The position numbers and the translations under genes were made by a program. The notes below the pieces were generated by a model, which worked only from the letters and a program-made list of their open reading frames with translations, was not told where the DNA came from and searched no databases. Below, piece by piece: positions 44,001-56,900 of a stretch of DNA of 64,000 nucleotides (its first letter is position 1; each line of letters starts with the position of its first letter). This DNA comes from Eledone cirrhosa. Taxonomy: Eukaryota. The DNA lies in NCBI GenBank assembly GCA_964016885.1, contig OZ024741.1:36146001-36210000 (forward strand), given 5' to 3'.

Positions 44001-47000
44001 AACTCTTCGGCCTATGAACTCTTCACCCTAAGAACTATTCAGCCTATGGACTCATCAGCCTATGAACTCTTCACCCTAAGAACTCTTCAGCCTATGAACT
44101 CTTCAGCCTATGAACTCTTCAGCTAATGGACTCTTCAGCCTATGAACTCTTCACACTAAGAACTCTTCAGTCTATGAACTCTTCCACCTAAGGACTCTTA
44201 AGTTTATGGACTCTTCACCCTAAGCACTCTTCACCCTAAGAACTCTTCAGCCTATGGACTATTCAGCCTCCGACTCTTCAGCCTATGGACTCTTCAGCCT
44301 TAGAATTCTTCAGGCTATTATCTCTTCACCCTAAGAACTCTTCGGCCTATGAACTCTTCACCCTAAGAACTCTTCAGCCTATAGACTCTTCAGCCTATGA
44401 ACTCATCAGTCTATGAACTCTTCAACCTATGGATTCTTCAGCCTATGAACTCTTTACCCTAAGAACTCTTGAGACTATGAACTCTTCCACCTATGGATTC
44501 TTCAGCCTATGGACTTTTCACCCTAAGCACTCTTCAGCCTATGGACTCTTCAACCTATATATTCTTCAGCCTATGGACACTTCAGCCTATGAACTCTTCA
44601 CACTAAGAACTCTTCACACTATGAACTCTTCAGCCCATGAACTCTTCAACCTATGGAATCTTCAGCCTATAGACTCTTCACACTAAGAACTCTTCAGCCT
44701 ATGGACTCTTCACCCTAAGAACTCTTCAGTCTATGAACTCTTCAGTCTATGAACTCTTCAGCCTATGAACTGTTCACCCTTAGAACTCTTCAGCCTATGA
44801 ACTCTTCAGCCTATGGACTCTTTAGCCTATGGACTCTTCACGCTAAGAATTCTTAAGCCTATGGACTATTCTGCCTATGAACTCTTCACCCTTAGAACTC
44901 TTCAGGCTATTAACTCTTCACCCTAAGAACTCTTCACCCTATGAACTCTTCACCCTAAGAACTCTACAGCTTATAGACTCTTCAGCCTATGGACTCATCA
45001 GCCTATGATCTCTTCAGCCTATGGAAAATTCAGCCTATGGACTCTTCACCCTAAGCACTCTTCAGTCTATGGACTCTTCAACCTATATACTCTTCAGGCT
45101 ATGGACACTTCAGCCTATGGACTCTTCAGCCTATGGACGCTTCACACTAAGAACTATTCAGCCTATGGACTCTTCACCCTGAGAACTCTTCAGTCTATGA
45201 ACGCTTCAGTCTATGAACTCTTCAGACTATGAACTGTTCACCCTTAGAACTCTTCAGCCTATGAACTCTTTACCCTTAGGACTCTTCAGGCTTTTATCTC
45301 TTCACCCAAGAACTCTTCAGCCTATGAACTCTTCACCCTAAGAACTCTTCAGCCTATGGACACTTCAGCCTATGAACTCTTCACACTAAGAACTCTTCAG
45401 CCTATGAACTCTTCAGCCTATGAACTCTTCACCCTTACAATTCTTCAGGCTATTATCTCTTCACCCAAGAACTCTTCAGCCTTTGAACTCTTCACCCTAA
45501 GAACTCTTCAGCCTATGGACTCTTAAGCCTATAGACTCTTCACCCTAAGATTTCTTCAGCCTATGAACTGTTCACTCTTAGTAATCTTTAGCCTAAGAAC
45601 TGTTCAGCCTATGGACACTTCAGCCTATGATCTCTTCACTCTTAGAACTCTTCAGCCTATGAACACTTCACACTATGAACTCTTCAGCCTATGGACTCTT
45701 CAGCCTATGAACTCTTCACCCTTAGAACTCTTCAGGCTATTAACTCTTCACACTAAGAACACTTCAGCCTATGAACTCTTCACCCTAAGAACTCTTCAGC
45801 CTATGAACTCTTCAGCCTATCAACTCTTCAGCCTGTGGACTTTTCAGTCTATGAACTCTTCACCCTAAGAACTCTTCAGCCTATGAACTCTTCCACCTAT
45901 GGTCTATAAAGCCTATGGACTCTTCTCCCTAAGCACTCTTCAGCCTATGAACTCTTTACTCTAAGAACTCTTCAGCCTGTGAACTCTTCGCCCTAAGAAT
46001 TCTTCAGCCTGTGGGCTCTTCACCCGAAGAACTATGCAGCCTATGGACTCTTCAGCCTATGAACTCCTCAACCTATGGACTCTTCAGCCTATGAACTCTT
46101 CACCCTTAAAACTCTTCAGCCTATGAACTCTTCGCCCTAAGAACTCTTCAGCCTATGGACTCTTCAGCCAATGGACTCTTCAGCCTATGAACATTTCAGC
46201 CTATGGACTCTTCAGCCTATGAACTCTTCACCCTTAGAACTCTTCAGGCTATTAAGTCTTCACCCTAAGATCTCATCAGCCTATGAACTCTTCAGCCTAA
46301 GAACAATTCAGCCTATTTATTCTTCAGCCTATGGACTTTTAAGCCTATGAATTCATCACCCTAAGAACTCTTCAGCCTATGAACTCTTCAGCCTATGAAC
46401 TCTTCAGCCTATGGACTCTTCAGCCAATGAACTCTTCACCCTAAGAACTCTTAAGCCTATGAACTCCTCAACCTATGGACTCTTCAGTCTTTGGACTCTT
46501 CATCTTATGAACTCTTTACCCTAAGAACTCTTCAGCCTGTGAACTCTTCACCCTAAGAACTCTTCAGCCTATGGACTCTACAGCCTGTGGATTTTTCAGC
46601 CTATGGACTCTTGAGCCTATAGAATCTTCAGCCTATGGACCCTTCAGCCTGTGGACTCTTCAGCCTATGAACTCTTCAGCCTATGGACTCTTCACCCTAT
46701 GGACTCTTCACCCTAAGAACTCTTCAGGCTATGGACTCTTCACCCTAAGCACTCTTCAGCCTATGAACTCTTCAGTCTATGAACTCTTCAGCCTATGAAC
46801 TCTTCACCGTTAGAACTCTTCAGCCTATGAACTCTTCACCCTAAGAACTTTTTCAGCCTATGGATTCTTCAACCTATGGACTCTTTAGCCTATGAACTCT
46901 TCACCCTAAGAACTCTTCAGCCTATGAACTCTTCAGCCTATGAACTCTTCAGCCTAGGGACTCTTCAGTCTATGGACTCTTCACTCTAAGAACTCTTCAG

Positions 47001-49514
47001 TCTATGGACTCTTCAGTCTATGGACTCTTCACTCTAAGAACTCTTCAGGCTATGAAATCTTCACTCTATGAACTCTTCTCCCTCAGAACTTTTCAGCCTA
47101 TGTACTCTTCACCGTAAAATCTCTTCAGCCTATCGACTCTTCTCCCTAAGAACTCTTCAGCCTATGGACTCTTCAGCCTATGAACTCTTCCGCCTATGAA
47201 CTCTTCACCCTAAGAACTAGTCAGCTTATGGACTCTTCAGCCTATGAACTCCTCAGCCTATGAAATATTCACCCTAAGAACTCTTCAGCTTATGGACTCT
47301 TCAGCCTATGAACTCTTCAGCCTATGGCCTCTTCAGCCTATGGACTCTTCGCGCTAAGAATTCTTCAGCCTATGGGCTATTCTGCCTATGAACTCTTCAC
47401 CCTTAGAACTCTTCAGGCTACTAACTCTTGACCCTAAGAACTCTTCGGCCTATGAACTTTCACCCTAAGAACTCTTCAGCCTATAGACTCTTCAGCCTAT
47501 GAACTCATCAGCCAATGAACTCTTCAGCCTATGGATTCTTCAGCCTATGAACTCTTCACCCTAAGAACTCTTGAGACTATGAAATCTTCCACCTATGCAT
47601 TCTTCAGCCTATGGACTCTTCACCCTAAGCACTCTTCAGCCTATGGACTCTTCAACCTATATATTCTTCAGCCTATGGACACTTCAGCCTATGAACTCTT
47701 CACACTAAGAAATCTTCACACTATGAACTCTTCAGCCTATGAACTCTTCAACCTATGGAATCTTCAGCCTATGGACTCTTCACACTAAGAACTCTTCAGC
47801 CTATGGACTCTTCACCCTAAGAACTCTTCAGTCTATGAACTCTTCAGCCTATGAACTGTTCACCCTTAGAACTCTTCAGCCTATGAACTCTTCACACTAA
47901 GAACTCTTCACCCAAGAATTCATCAGCCTATGAACTGTTCACCCTAAGAACTCTTCAGCCTATGGACTCTTCACACTAAGAAGTCTTCAGCCTATGAACT
48001 GTTCACTCTTAGAACTCTTTAGCCTAGGAACTCTTCAGCCTATGGACTCTTCAGCCTATGAACTCTTCACCCTTAGAACTCTTAAGCCTATGAAATCTTC
48101 ACACTAAGAACTCTTCAGCCTATGGTCTCTTCAGCCTATGAACTCTTCAACCTTAGAACTCTTCAGGCTATTAACTCTTCACACTAAGAACTGTTCTGCC
48201 TATTAACTTTTCACCCTAAGAACTCTTCAGCCTATGGATTCTTCAGCCTATGGACTCTTAAGCCTATGAACTCTTCACCCTAAAAACTCTTCAGCCTATG
48301 GCTCTTCAGCCTATGCACTCTTCACCCTAAGAACTCTTCAGCCTATGGACTCTTCAGCCTATGAATTTTTCAGCCTATGGACTCTTCAGCCTATGGACTC
48401 TTCACCCTAAGAACTCTTCAGCCTATGGACTCTTCACCCTAAGCACTCTTCAGCCTATGAACTATTCAGGCTATGGTCTCTTCACCCTAAGAACTTTTCA
48501 GCCTATGAACTCTTCACCCTAAGAGCTCTTCAGCCTATGGATTCTTCAGCCTATGAACTCTTCACCCAAGAACTCTTCAGCCTATGAACTCTTCACCCTA
48601 AGAACTCTTCAGCCTATTAACTCTTCAGCCTATGAACTCTCCACCATAAAAACTCTTCAGACTATAGACTCTTCACACTAATTAATCTTCAGCCTATGGA
48701 CTCTTCAGCCTATGAAATCTTCAGCCAATGAATTCTTCACCCTAAGAACTCTTCAGCTTATGGACTCTTCAGCCTATGAAATCTTCAGCCTATGGACTCT
48801 TCAGCCTATCGACTCTTCACACTAAGAACTATTCAGCCTATGGACTCTTCACCCTAAGAACTCTTCAGTCTATGAACGCTTCATTCTATGAACTCTTCAG
48901 CCTATGAACTGTTCACCCTTAGAACTCTTCAGCCTATGAACTCTTCAACCTTAGGACTCCTAAGGCTATTATTTCTTCACCCAAGAACTCTTCAGCCTAT
49001 GAACTCTTCAACCTATGGACACTTCAGCCTATGAACTCTTCAGACTAAGAACTCTTCAACCTATGAACTCTTCAGCCTATTAACTCTTCACCCTAAGAAC
49101 TCTTCAGCCTATGGACTCTTCAGCCTATGAATTCTTCAGCCTATGGACTCATCAGCCTATGGACTCTTCACGCTAAGAATTCTTCAGCCTATGGAGTATT
49201 CTGCCTATGAACTCTTCACCCTTATAACTTTTCAGGCTATTAACTCTTCACCCTATGAACTCTTCAGCCTATGGACTCTTCAGCCAATGAACTCTTCACC
49301 CTAAGAACTCTTCAGCCTATGAACTCTTCAACCTATGGACACTTCAGACAATAGACTCTTCATTCTAAGAACTCTTCAGCCTATGGACTCTTAAGCCTAT
49401 GAATTCTTCACCTTAAGAACTCTTAAGCCTATGAACTCTTCAGCCTATGAACTCTTCAGCCTATGGACTCTTCAGTCTTTGGACTCTTCACGCTAAGAAT
49501 TCTTCAGCCTATGG
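35098..49514 (+). repeat. Interrupted tandem duplication, unit about 7 kb (35098-42102 and 42079-49514)
   Basis: 35098-36821 matches 42079-43802 (offset 6,981; ORFs 35278/42259, 36618/43599). 36728-38108 matches 45227-46640 (offset 8,499-8,532; ORFs 37064/45563). 39147-42102 matches 46639-49514 (offset 7,492 falling to 7,412; ORFs 40040/47531). Confidence 0.85.
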
Positions 49515-52500
49515 ACTATTCTGCCTATGAACTCTTCACACTTAGAACTCTTCTGGCTATTAACTCTTCACCCTAAGAACTCTTCGGCCTATGAACTCTT
49601 CACCCTAAGAACTATTCAGCCTATGGACTCATCAGCCTATGAACTGTTCACCCTAAAAACTCTTCAGCCTATGAACTCTTCAGCCTATGAACTCTTCAGC
49701 TAATGGACTCTTCAGCCTATGAACTCTTCACACTAAGAACTCTTCAGTCTATGAACTCTTCCACCTAAGGACTCTTAAGTTTATGGACTCTTCACCCTAA
49801 GCACTCTTCACCCTAAGAACTCTTCAGCCTATGGGCTATTCAGCCTCCGACTCTTCAGCCTATGGACTCTTCAGCCTATGAACCTTTCAGCCTATTGACT
49901 CTTCAGCCTAGGGACTCTTCACCCTAAGAACTCTTCAGCCTATGGACTCTTCGGCCTATGAACTCTTCAGCCTATGATCTCTTCTGCCTATGAACTGTTC
50001 ACCATTAGAACTCTTCAACCTAAGAACTCTTCACCCTAAGAACTCTTCAGCCTATGGACTCTTCAGTCTATAGATTCTTCAGCCTACGATCTCTTCAGCC
50101 TATAAACTCTTCAGGCTATTAACTCTTCACCCTAAGAACTCTTCAGCCTATGGACTCTTCAGCCTATGGACTCTTCAGCCTATGAACTCTTCAGCCTATG
50201 GACTCTTCAGCCTATGGACTCTTCACACTAAGAACTATTCAGCCTATGGAGTCTTCACCCTAAGAACTCTTCAGTCTATGAACTCTTCAGTCTATGAACT
50301 CTTCAGCCTATGAACTGTTCACCCTTAGAACTCCTCAGCCTATGAACTCTTCAGCCTATGGACTCTTCAGCCTATGGACTCTTCACCCTAAGAAGTCTTC
50401 AGCCTATGAACTGTTCACTCTTAGAAATCTTTAGCCTAAGAACTGTTCAGCCTATGGACTCTTAAGCCTATGAACTATTCACCCTTAGATCTCTTCAGCC
50501 TATGAACTCTTCACACTAAGAACTCTTCAGCCTATGGTCTCTTCAGCCTATGAACTCTTCACCCTTAGAACTCTTCATGCTATTAACTCTTCACACTAAG
50601 AACTCTTCAGCCTATTAACATTTCAGCCTAAGAACTATTCAGCCTATGGATTCTTCAAGCTATGGACTATTAGGCCTATGAACTCTTCACACTAAGAACT
50701 CTTCAGCCTATGAACTCTTCACCCTAAAAACTCTTCAGCCTCTGAACTCTTCAGCCTATGAACTTTTCAGCCTATGGACTCTTCAGCCAATGAACTCTTC
50801 ACCCTAAGAACTCTTCAGCCTATGAACTTTTCAACCTATGGCCTCTTCATCCTATGGACTCTTCATTCTAAGAACTCTTCAGCCTATGGACTCTTCAGCC
50901 TATGAACTCTTCACCCTAAGAACTCTTCAGCTTATGGACTCTTCAGCCTATGAATTCTTCAGCCTATTGTCTCTCCAGCCTATGGACTCTTCACGCTAAT
51001 AATTCTTCAGCCTATGGAGTATTCTGCCTATGAACTCTTCACCCTTAGAACTCTTCAGGCTATTAAATCTTCACCCTAAGAACTCTTCAGCCTATGGATT
51101 CTTCAGCCTATAGACTCTTAAGCCTATGAACTCTTCACCCTAAGAATTCTTAAGCCTATGAACTCTTCAGCCTATGAACTCTTCAGCCTATGGACTCCTC
51201 AGCCAATGAACTCTTCACCCTAAGAACTCTTCAGCCTATGAATTCTTCAACCTATGGACTCTTCAGCCTATGGACTCTTCACTCTAAGAATTCTTCAGGC
51301 TATTAACTCTTCACCCTAAGAACTCTTCGGCCTATGAACTCTTCACCCTAAGAACTCTTCAACCTATGGACTCTTCAGCCTATGGACTCTTCATGCTAAG
51401 AACTCTTCAGCCTATGGACTCTTCAACCTCTGAAATCTCCACCCTAAGAACTCTTCAGCTTGTGGAGTCTTCAGCCTATGAATTCTTCAGCCTATGGACT
51501 CATCAGCCTATGGACTCTTCACGCTAAGAATTCTTCAGCCTATGGAGTATTCTGCCTATGAACTCTTCACCCTTATAACTTTTCAGGCTATTAACTCTTC
51601 ACCCTATGAACTCTTCAGCCTATGGACTCTTCAGCCAATGAACTCTTCACCCTAGGAACTCTTCAGCCTATGAACTCTTCAACATATGGACACTTCAGAC
51701 AATGGACTCTTCATTCTAAGAACTCTTCAGCCTATGGACTCTTAAGCCTATGAATTCTTCACCCTAAGAACTCTTAAGCCTATCAACTCTTCAGCCTATG
51801 AACTCTTCAGCCTATGGACTCTTCAGTCTTTGGACTCTTCACGCTAAGAATTCTTCAGCCTATGGACTATTCTGCCTATGAACTCTTCACACTTAGAACT
51901 CTTCAGGCTATTAACTCTTCACCCTAAGAACTCTTCGGCCTATGAACTCTTCACCCTATGAACTATTCAGCCTATGGACTCATCAGCCTATGAACTCTTC
52001 ACCCTAAGAACTCTTCAGCCTATGAAGTCTTCAGCCTATGAACTCTTCAGCTAATGGACTCTTCAGCCTATTAACTCTTCACACTAAGGACTGTTAAGTT
52101 TATGGACTCTTCACCCTAAGCACTCTTCACCCTAAGAACTCTTCAGCCTATGGACTATTCAGCCTCCGACTCTTCAGCCTATGGACTCATCAGCCTATGG
52201 ACTATTCAGCCTATGAACTCTTTACCCTAAGAACTCTTCAGCCTGTGAACTCTTCGCCCTAAGTATTCTTCAGCCTATGGGCTCTTCACCCGAAGAAATA
52301 TTCAGGCTATGGACTCTTCAGCCAATGAACTCCTCAACCTATGGACTCTTCAGCCTATGAACTCTTCACACTTAAAACTCTTCAGACTATGAACTCTTCA
52401 GCCTATGGACTCTTCAGCCTATGGACTCTTCAGCCTATGAACTTTTCAGCCTATTGACTCTTCAGCCTAGGGACTCTTCACCCTAAGAACTCTTCAGCCT

Positions 52501-52720
52501 ATGGACTCTTCGGCCTATGAACTCTTCAGCCTATGATCTCTTCTGCCTATGAACTGTTCACCCTTAGAACTCTTCAGCCTAAGAACTCTTCACCCTAAGA
52601 ACTCTTCAGCCTATGGACTCTTCAGTCTATAGATTCTTCAGCCTACGAACTCTTCAGCCTATGAACACATCAGGCTATTAACTCTTCACCCTAAGAACTC
52701 TTCAGCCTATGGACTCTTCA
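49120..52720 (+). repeat. Older diverged duplication: about 49120-50160 resembles about 51470-52720
   Basis: Shared markers CTTATAACTTTTCAGG (49221/51572, offset 2,351), CAGACAAT, CAGCTAATGG, TAAGTTTATGG and CCTAGGGAC, with several SNPs and whole-monomer indels. Boundaries are approximate. Confidence 0.75.
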
Positions 52721-53946
52721 GCCTATGGAATCTTCACTCTATGGACTCTTCAGCCTATGGATTTTTCAGCCTATGAACTATTCAGCCTATGGACTTTCAG
52801 CCTATGGACTATTCACCCTAAGAACTCTTCAGCCTATGGACTCTTCACCCTAAGCACTCTTCAGCCTATGAACTCTTCAGTCTATGAACTCTTCTGCCTA
52901 TGAACTGTTCAGCCTTAGAACTCTTCAGCCTATGAACTCTTCACCCTCAGAACTCTTCAGCCTATGGACTCTTCAGTCTATAGACTCTTCAGCCTATGAA
53001 CTTTTCACCCTATGGAATCTTCACCCTAAGCACATTTCAGCCTATGAACTCTTCAGTCTATGGACGCTTCCTCCTATGAACTATTCAGCCTATGGACTCT
53101 TCAGCCTATGAACTCTTCACCCAAGAACTCTTCAGCCTATGGATTCTTCACCCTGAGAAGTCTTCAGCCTATGAACTGTTCACTCTTACAACTCATCAGC
53201 CTAAGGACACTTCCCCCTAAGCACTCTTCAGCCTATGGACTCGTCAACCTATATACTCCTCAGCCTATGGACACTTCAGGCTATGAACCCTATCACATTA
53301 AGAACTCTTCAGCCTATGAACTCTTCAGCCTATGAACTCTTCACCCTAAGAACTCTTCAGCCTATAGACTCTTCAGCCTATGAACTCTTAGGCCTATGGA
53401 CTCTTCAGCCTATGGACTCTTCAGCCTATGAACTCTTCACCCTAAGAGCTCTTCAGCCAATGGACTCTTCAGCCTATGAACTCTTAGGCCTATGGACTCT
53501 TCAAGCCTATGGACTCTTCATACTAAGAATTCTTCAGCCTATCGACTATTCACCCTAAGAACTCTTCAGCCTATGAACTCTTCAGTCTATGTACTCTTCA
53601 GCCTATGAACTCTTCACCCTTAGAACTCTTCAGGCTATTATCTCTTCACCCAAGAACTCTTCAGCCTATGAACTCTTCACCCTAAGAACCCTTCAGCCTA
53701 TGGACTCTCAGCCTATGGACTCTTCACCCTAAGAAGTCTTCAGCCTATGAACTGTTCACTATTAGAACTCTTTAGCCTAAGAACTGTTTAGCCTATGGAC
53801 TCGTCAGCCTATGATCTCTTCAGCCTTAGACTCTTCAGCCCATGAACTCTTCACACTAAGAACTCTTCAACCTATGGACTCTTCAGCCTATGAACTCTTC
53901 ACCCATAGAACTCTTCACTCTATGAACTCTTCACCCTAAGATCTCA

Positions 53947-56900
53947 TCAGCCTATGAACTCTTCACTGTAAGAACTCCTCAGCCTATGGATTCTACAGCC
54001 TATGGACTCTTAAGCCTATAAACTGTTCACCATTAGAACTCTTCAGCCTATGAACTCTTCACCCTAAGAACTCTTCAGCCTATGAACTCTTCATCCTAAG
54101 AACTCTTCAGCCTATGGACTCTTCAGCCTATGAACTATTCACCCAAGAACTCTTCAGCCTATGAACTCTTCACCCTAAGAACTGTTCAGCCTATGAACTC
54201 TTCAGCCTATTAACTCTTCAGCCTATGGACTCTTCAGCCAATGAACTCTTCACCCTAAGAAATGTTCAGCCTATGAACTCTTCAACCTATGGACTCTTCA
54301 GCCTATGGAATCTTCACTCTAAGAACTCTTCAGCTTGTGAACTCTTCACCCTAAGAACTCTTCAGCCTAATGAACTCTTCAGGCTATAAACTCTTCACTC
54401 TATGAACTCTTCACCCTAAGAACTCTTCAGCCTATGAACTCTTCACCATAAAAATTCTTCAGCGTATGGACTCTTCACCCTAAGAACTCTTCAGCCTATG
54501 GACTCTTCAGCCTATGAACTCTTCAGCCTATGGACACTTCAGCCCATGAACTCTTCACCCTAAGAACTCTTAAGCCTATGAAATCTTCAGGCTATGAACT
54601 CTTCAGCCTATGGACTCCTCAGCCAATGAACTCTTCACTCTAAGAACTCTTCAGCTTATGGACTATTCAGCCTATGAACTATTCAGCCTATGGACTCTTC
54701 AGCCTATGGACTCTTCACGCTAAGAATTCTTCAGCCTATGGACTATTCTGCCTATGAACTCTTCACCCTTAGAACTCTTCGGGCTATTAACTCTTCACCC
54801 TAACATCTCATTAGCCTATGAACTCTTCACCTAAGAACTATTCAGCCTATGGACTCTTAAGCCTATGAACTCTTCAGCCTATGGACTCTTCAGCCAATGA
54901 ACTCTTCACCCTAAGAACTCTTCAGCCTATGAACTCTTCAACCTATGGACTCTTCAGCCTATGGACTCTTCACTCTAGGAACTCTTCAGCCTATGGACTC
55001 TTCAGTCTATGGACTATTCGGCCTATGAACTCTTTACCCTAAGAAATCTTCAGCCTGTGAATTCTTCACCCTAAGAACTCTTCAGCCTATGGGCTCTTCA
55101 CCCTAAGAACTCTTCAGCCTATGAACTCTTCACCATACAAACTCTTCAGCCTATGGAATCTTCACCCTAAGAACTCTTCAGCCTATGGACTCTTCATCCT
55201 ATGAACTCTTCAGCCTATGGACTCTTCAGCCTATGGACTCTTCACACTAAGAACTCTTCAGCCTATGGACTCTTCAACCTAAAAACTCTTCAGTCTATGA
55301 ATTCTTCAGTCTATGAACTCTTCAGCCTATGAACTGTTCACCCTTAGAACTCTTCAGCCTATGAACTCTTCACCCTTAGAACTTTTCAGGCTATTATCTC
55401 TTCACCGAAGAACTCTTCAGCCTATGAACTCTTCACCCTAAGAACTCTTCAGCCTATGGACTCTTCAGCCTATAGACTCTTCATCCTAAGATGTCTTCAG
55501 CCTATGAACTGTTCACTCTTAGAAATCTTTAGCCTAAGAACTCATCGGCCTATGAACTGTTCAGCCTATGGACTCTTCAGCCAATGAACTCTTCACCGTA
55601 AGAACTCTTCAGCCTATGAAATCTTCAACCTATGGACTCTTCAGCCTATGGACACTTCACACTAAGAAATCTTCTGCCTATGAACTCTTCAGGCTATGAA
55701 CTCTTCATTCTATGAACTCTTCACCCTGAGAACTCCTCAGCCTATGGACTCTTCACCCTAAGAACTCTTCACCCTAAGAACTCTTCAGCCTATGAACTCT
55801 TCAGTCTATGAACTCTTCAGCCTATGAACTCTTCACCTTTAGATCTCTTCAGCCTATGGACTCTTCACCCTAAGAAGTCTCAGCCTATTAACTCTTTACA
55901 CTAAGAACTCTTAAGCCTATGACCTTTTCACCCTAAGAACACTTCAGCCTATGGACTCTTCAGCATATGGACTCTTCAGCCTAGAACTCTTCACCCTTAG
56001 AACTCTTCAGGCTATTAACTCTTCACCCTAAGATCTCATCAGCCTATGAACTCTTCACCCTAAGAACTATTCAGCCTATGGACTCTTAAGCCTATGAACT
56101 CTGCAGCCTATGAACTCTTCAGCCTATGAATTTTTCAGCCTATCGACTCTTCAGCCAATGAACTCTTCACCCTAAGAACTCTTCAGGCTATCAACTCTTC
56201 AAACTATGGTCTCTTCAGCCTATGGACTCTTCACTCTAGGAACTCTTCAGCCTATGGAGTCTTCAGGCTATGGACTCTTCGGCCTATGAACTCTTTACCC
56301 TAAGAAATCTTCAGCCTATGGGCTCTTCACCCTAAGAACTCTTCAGTCTATGAACTCTTCGGTCTATGAACTCTTCAGCCTATGAACTGTTCACCCTTAG
56401 AACTCTTCAGCCTATGAACTCTTCACTCTTAGAACTCTTCAGGCTAATATCTCTTCACCCAAGAACTCTTCAGCCTATGAACTGATCACCCTAAGAACTC
56501 TTCAGCCTATGGACTCTTTAGCCTATGAACTCTTCACCCTAAGTACTCTTAAGCCTATGAACTCTTCAGCCTATGGACTCCTCAGCCAATGAACTATTCA
56601 CCCTAAGAACTCTTCAGCCTATGAACTCTTCAACCTATGGACTCTTCAGCCTATGGACTCTTCACCCTAAGAACTTTTCAGCCTATGGACTCATCAGCCT
56701 ATGAACTCTTCACCCTAATAACTCTTAAGCCTATGAACTCTTCAGCCTATGAACTCTTCAGCCTATGGACTCTTCAGCCTATGGACTCTTCAGCCAATGA
56801 ATTCTTCACCCTAAGAACTCTTCAGCCTATAAAATCTTAGACCTATGGACTCAAGAGCCTATGAGCTCTTCACCCAATGGACTCTTTACCCTAAGAACTC

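Noticed and set aside
43709-45320. Mobile element with target-site duplication
   Set aside because: The insert is made entirely of satellite monomers, with no terminal repeats, poly(A) tail or coding capacity. The 94-bp flanking repeat is better explained by recombination or template switching.
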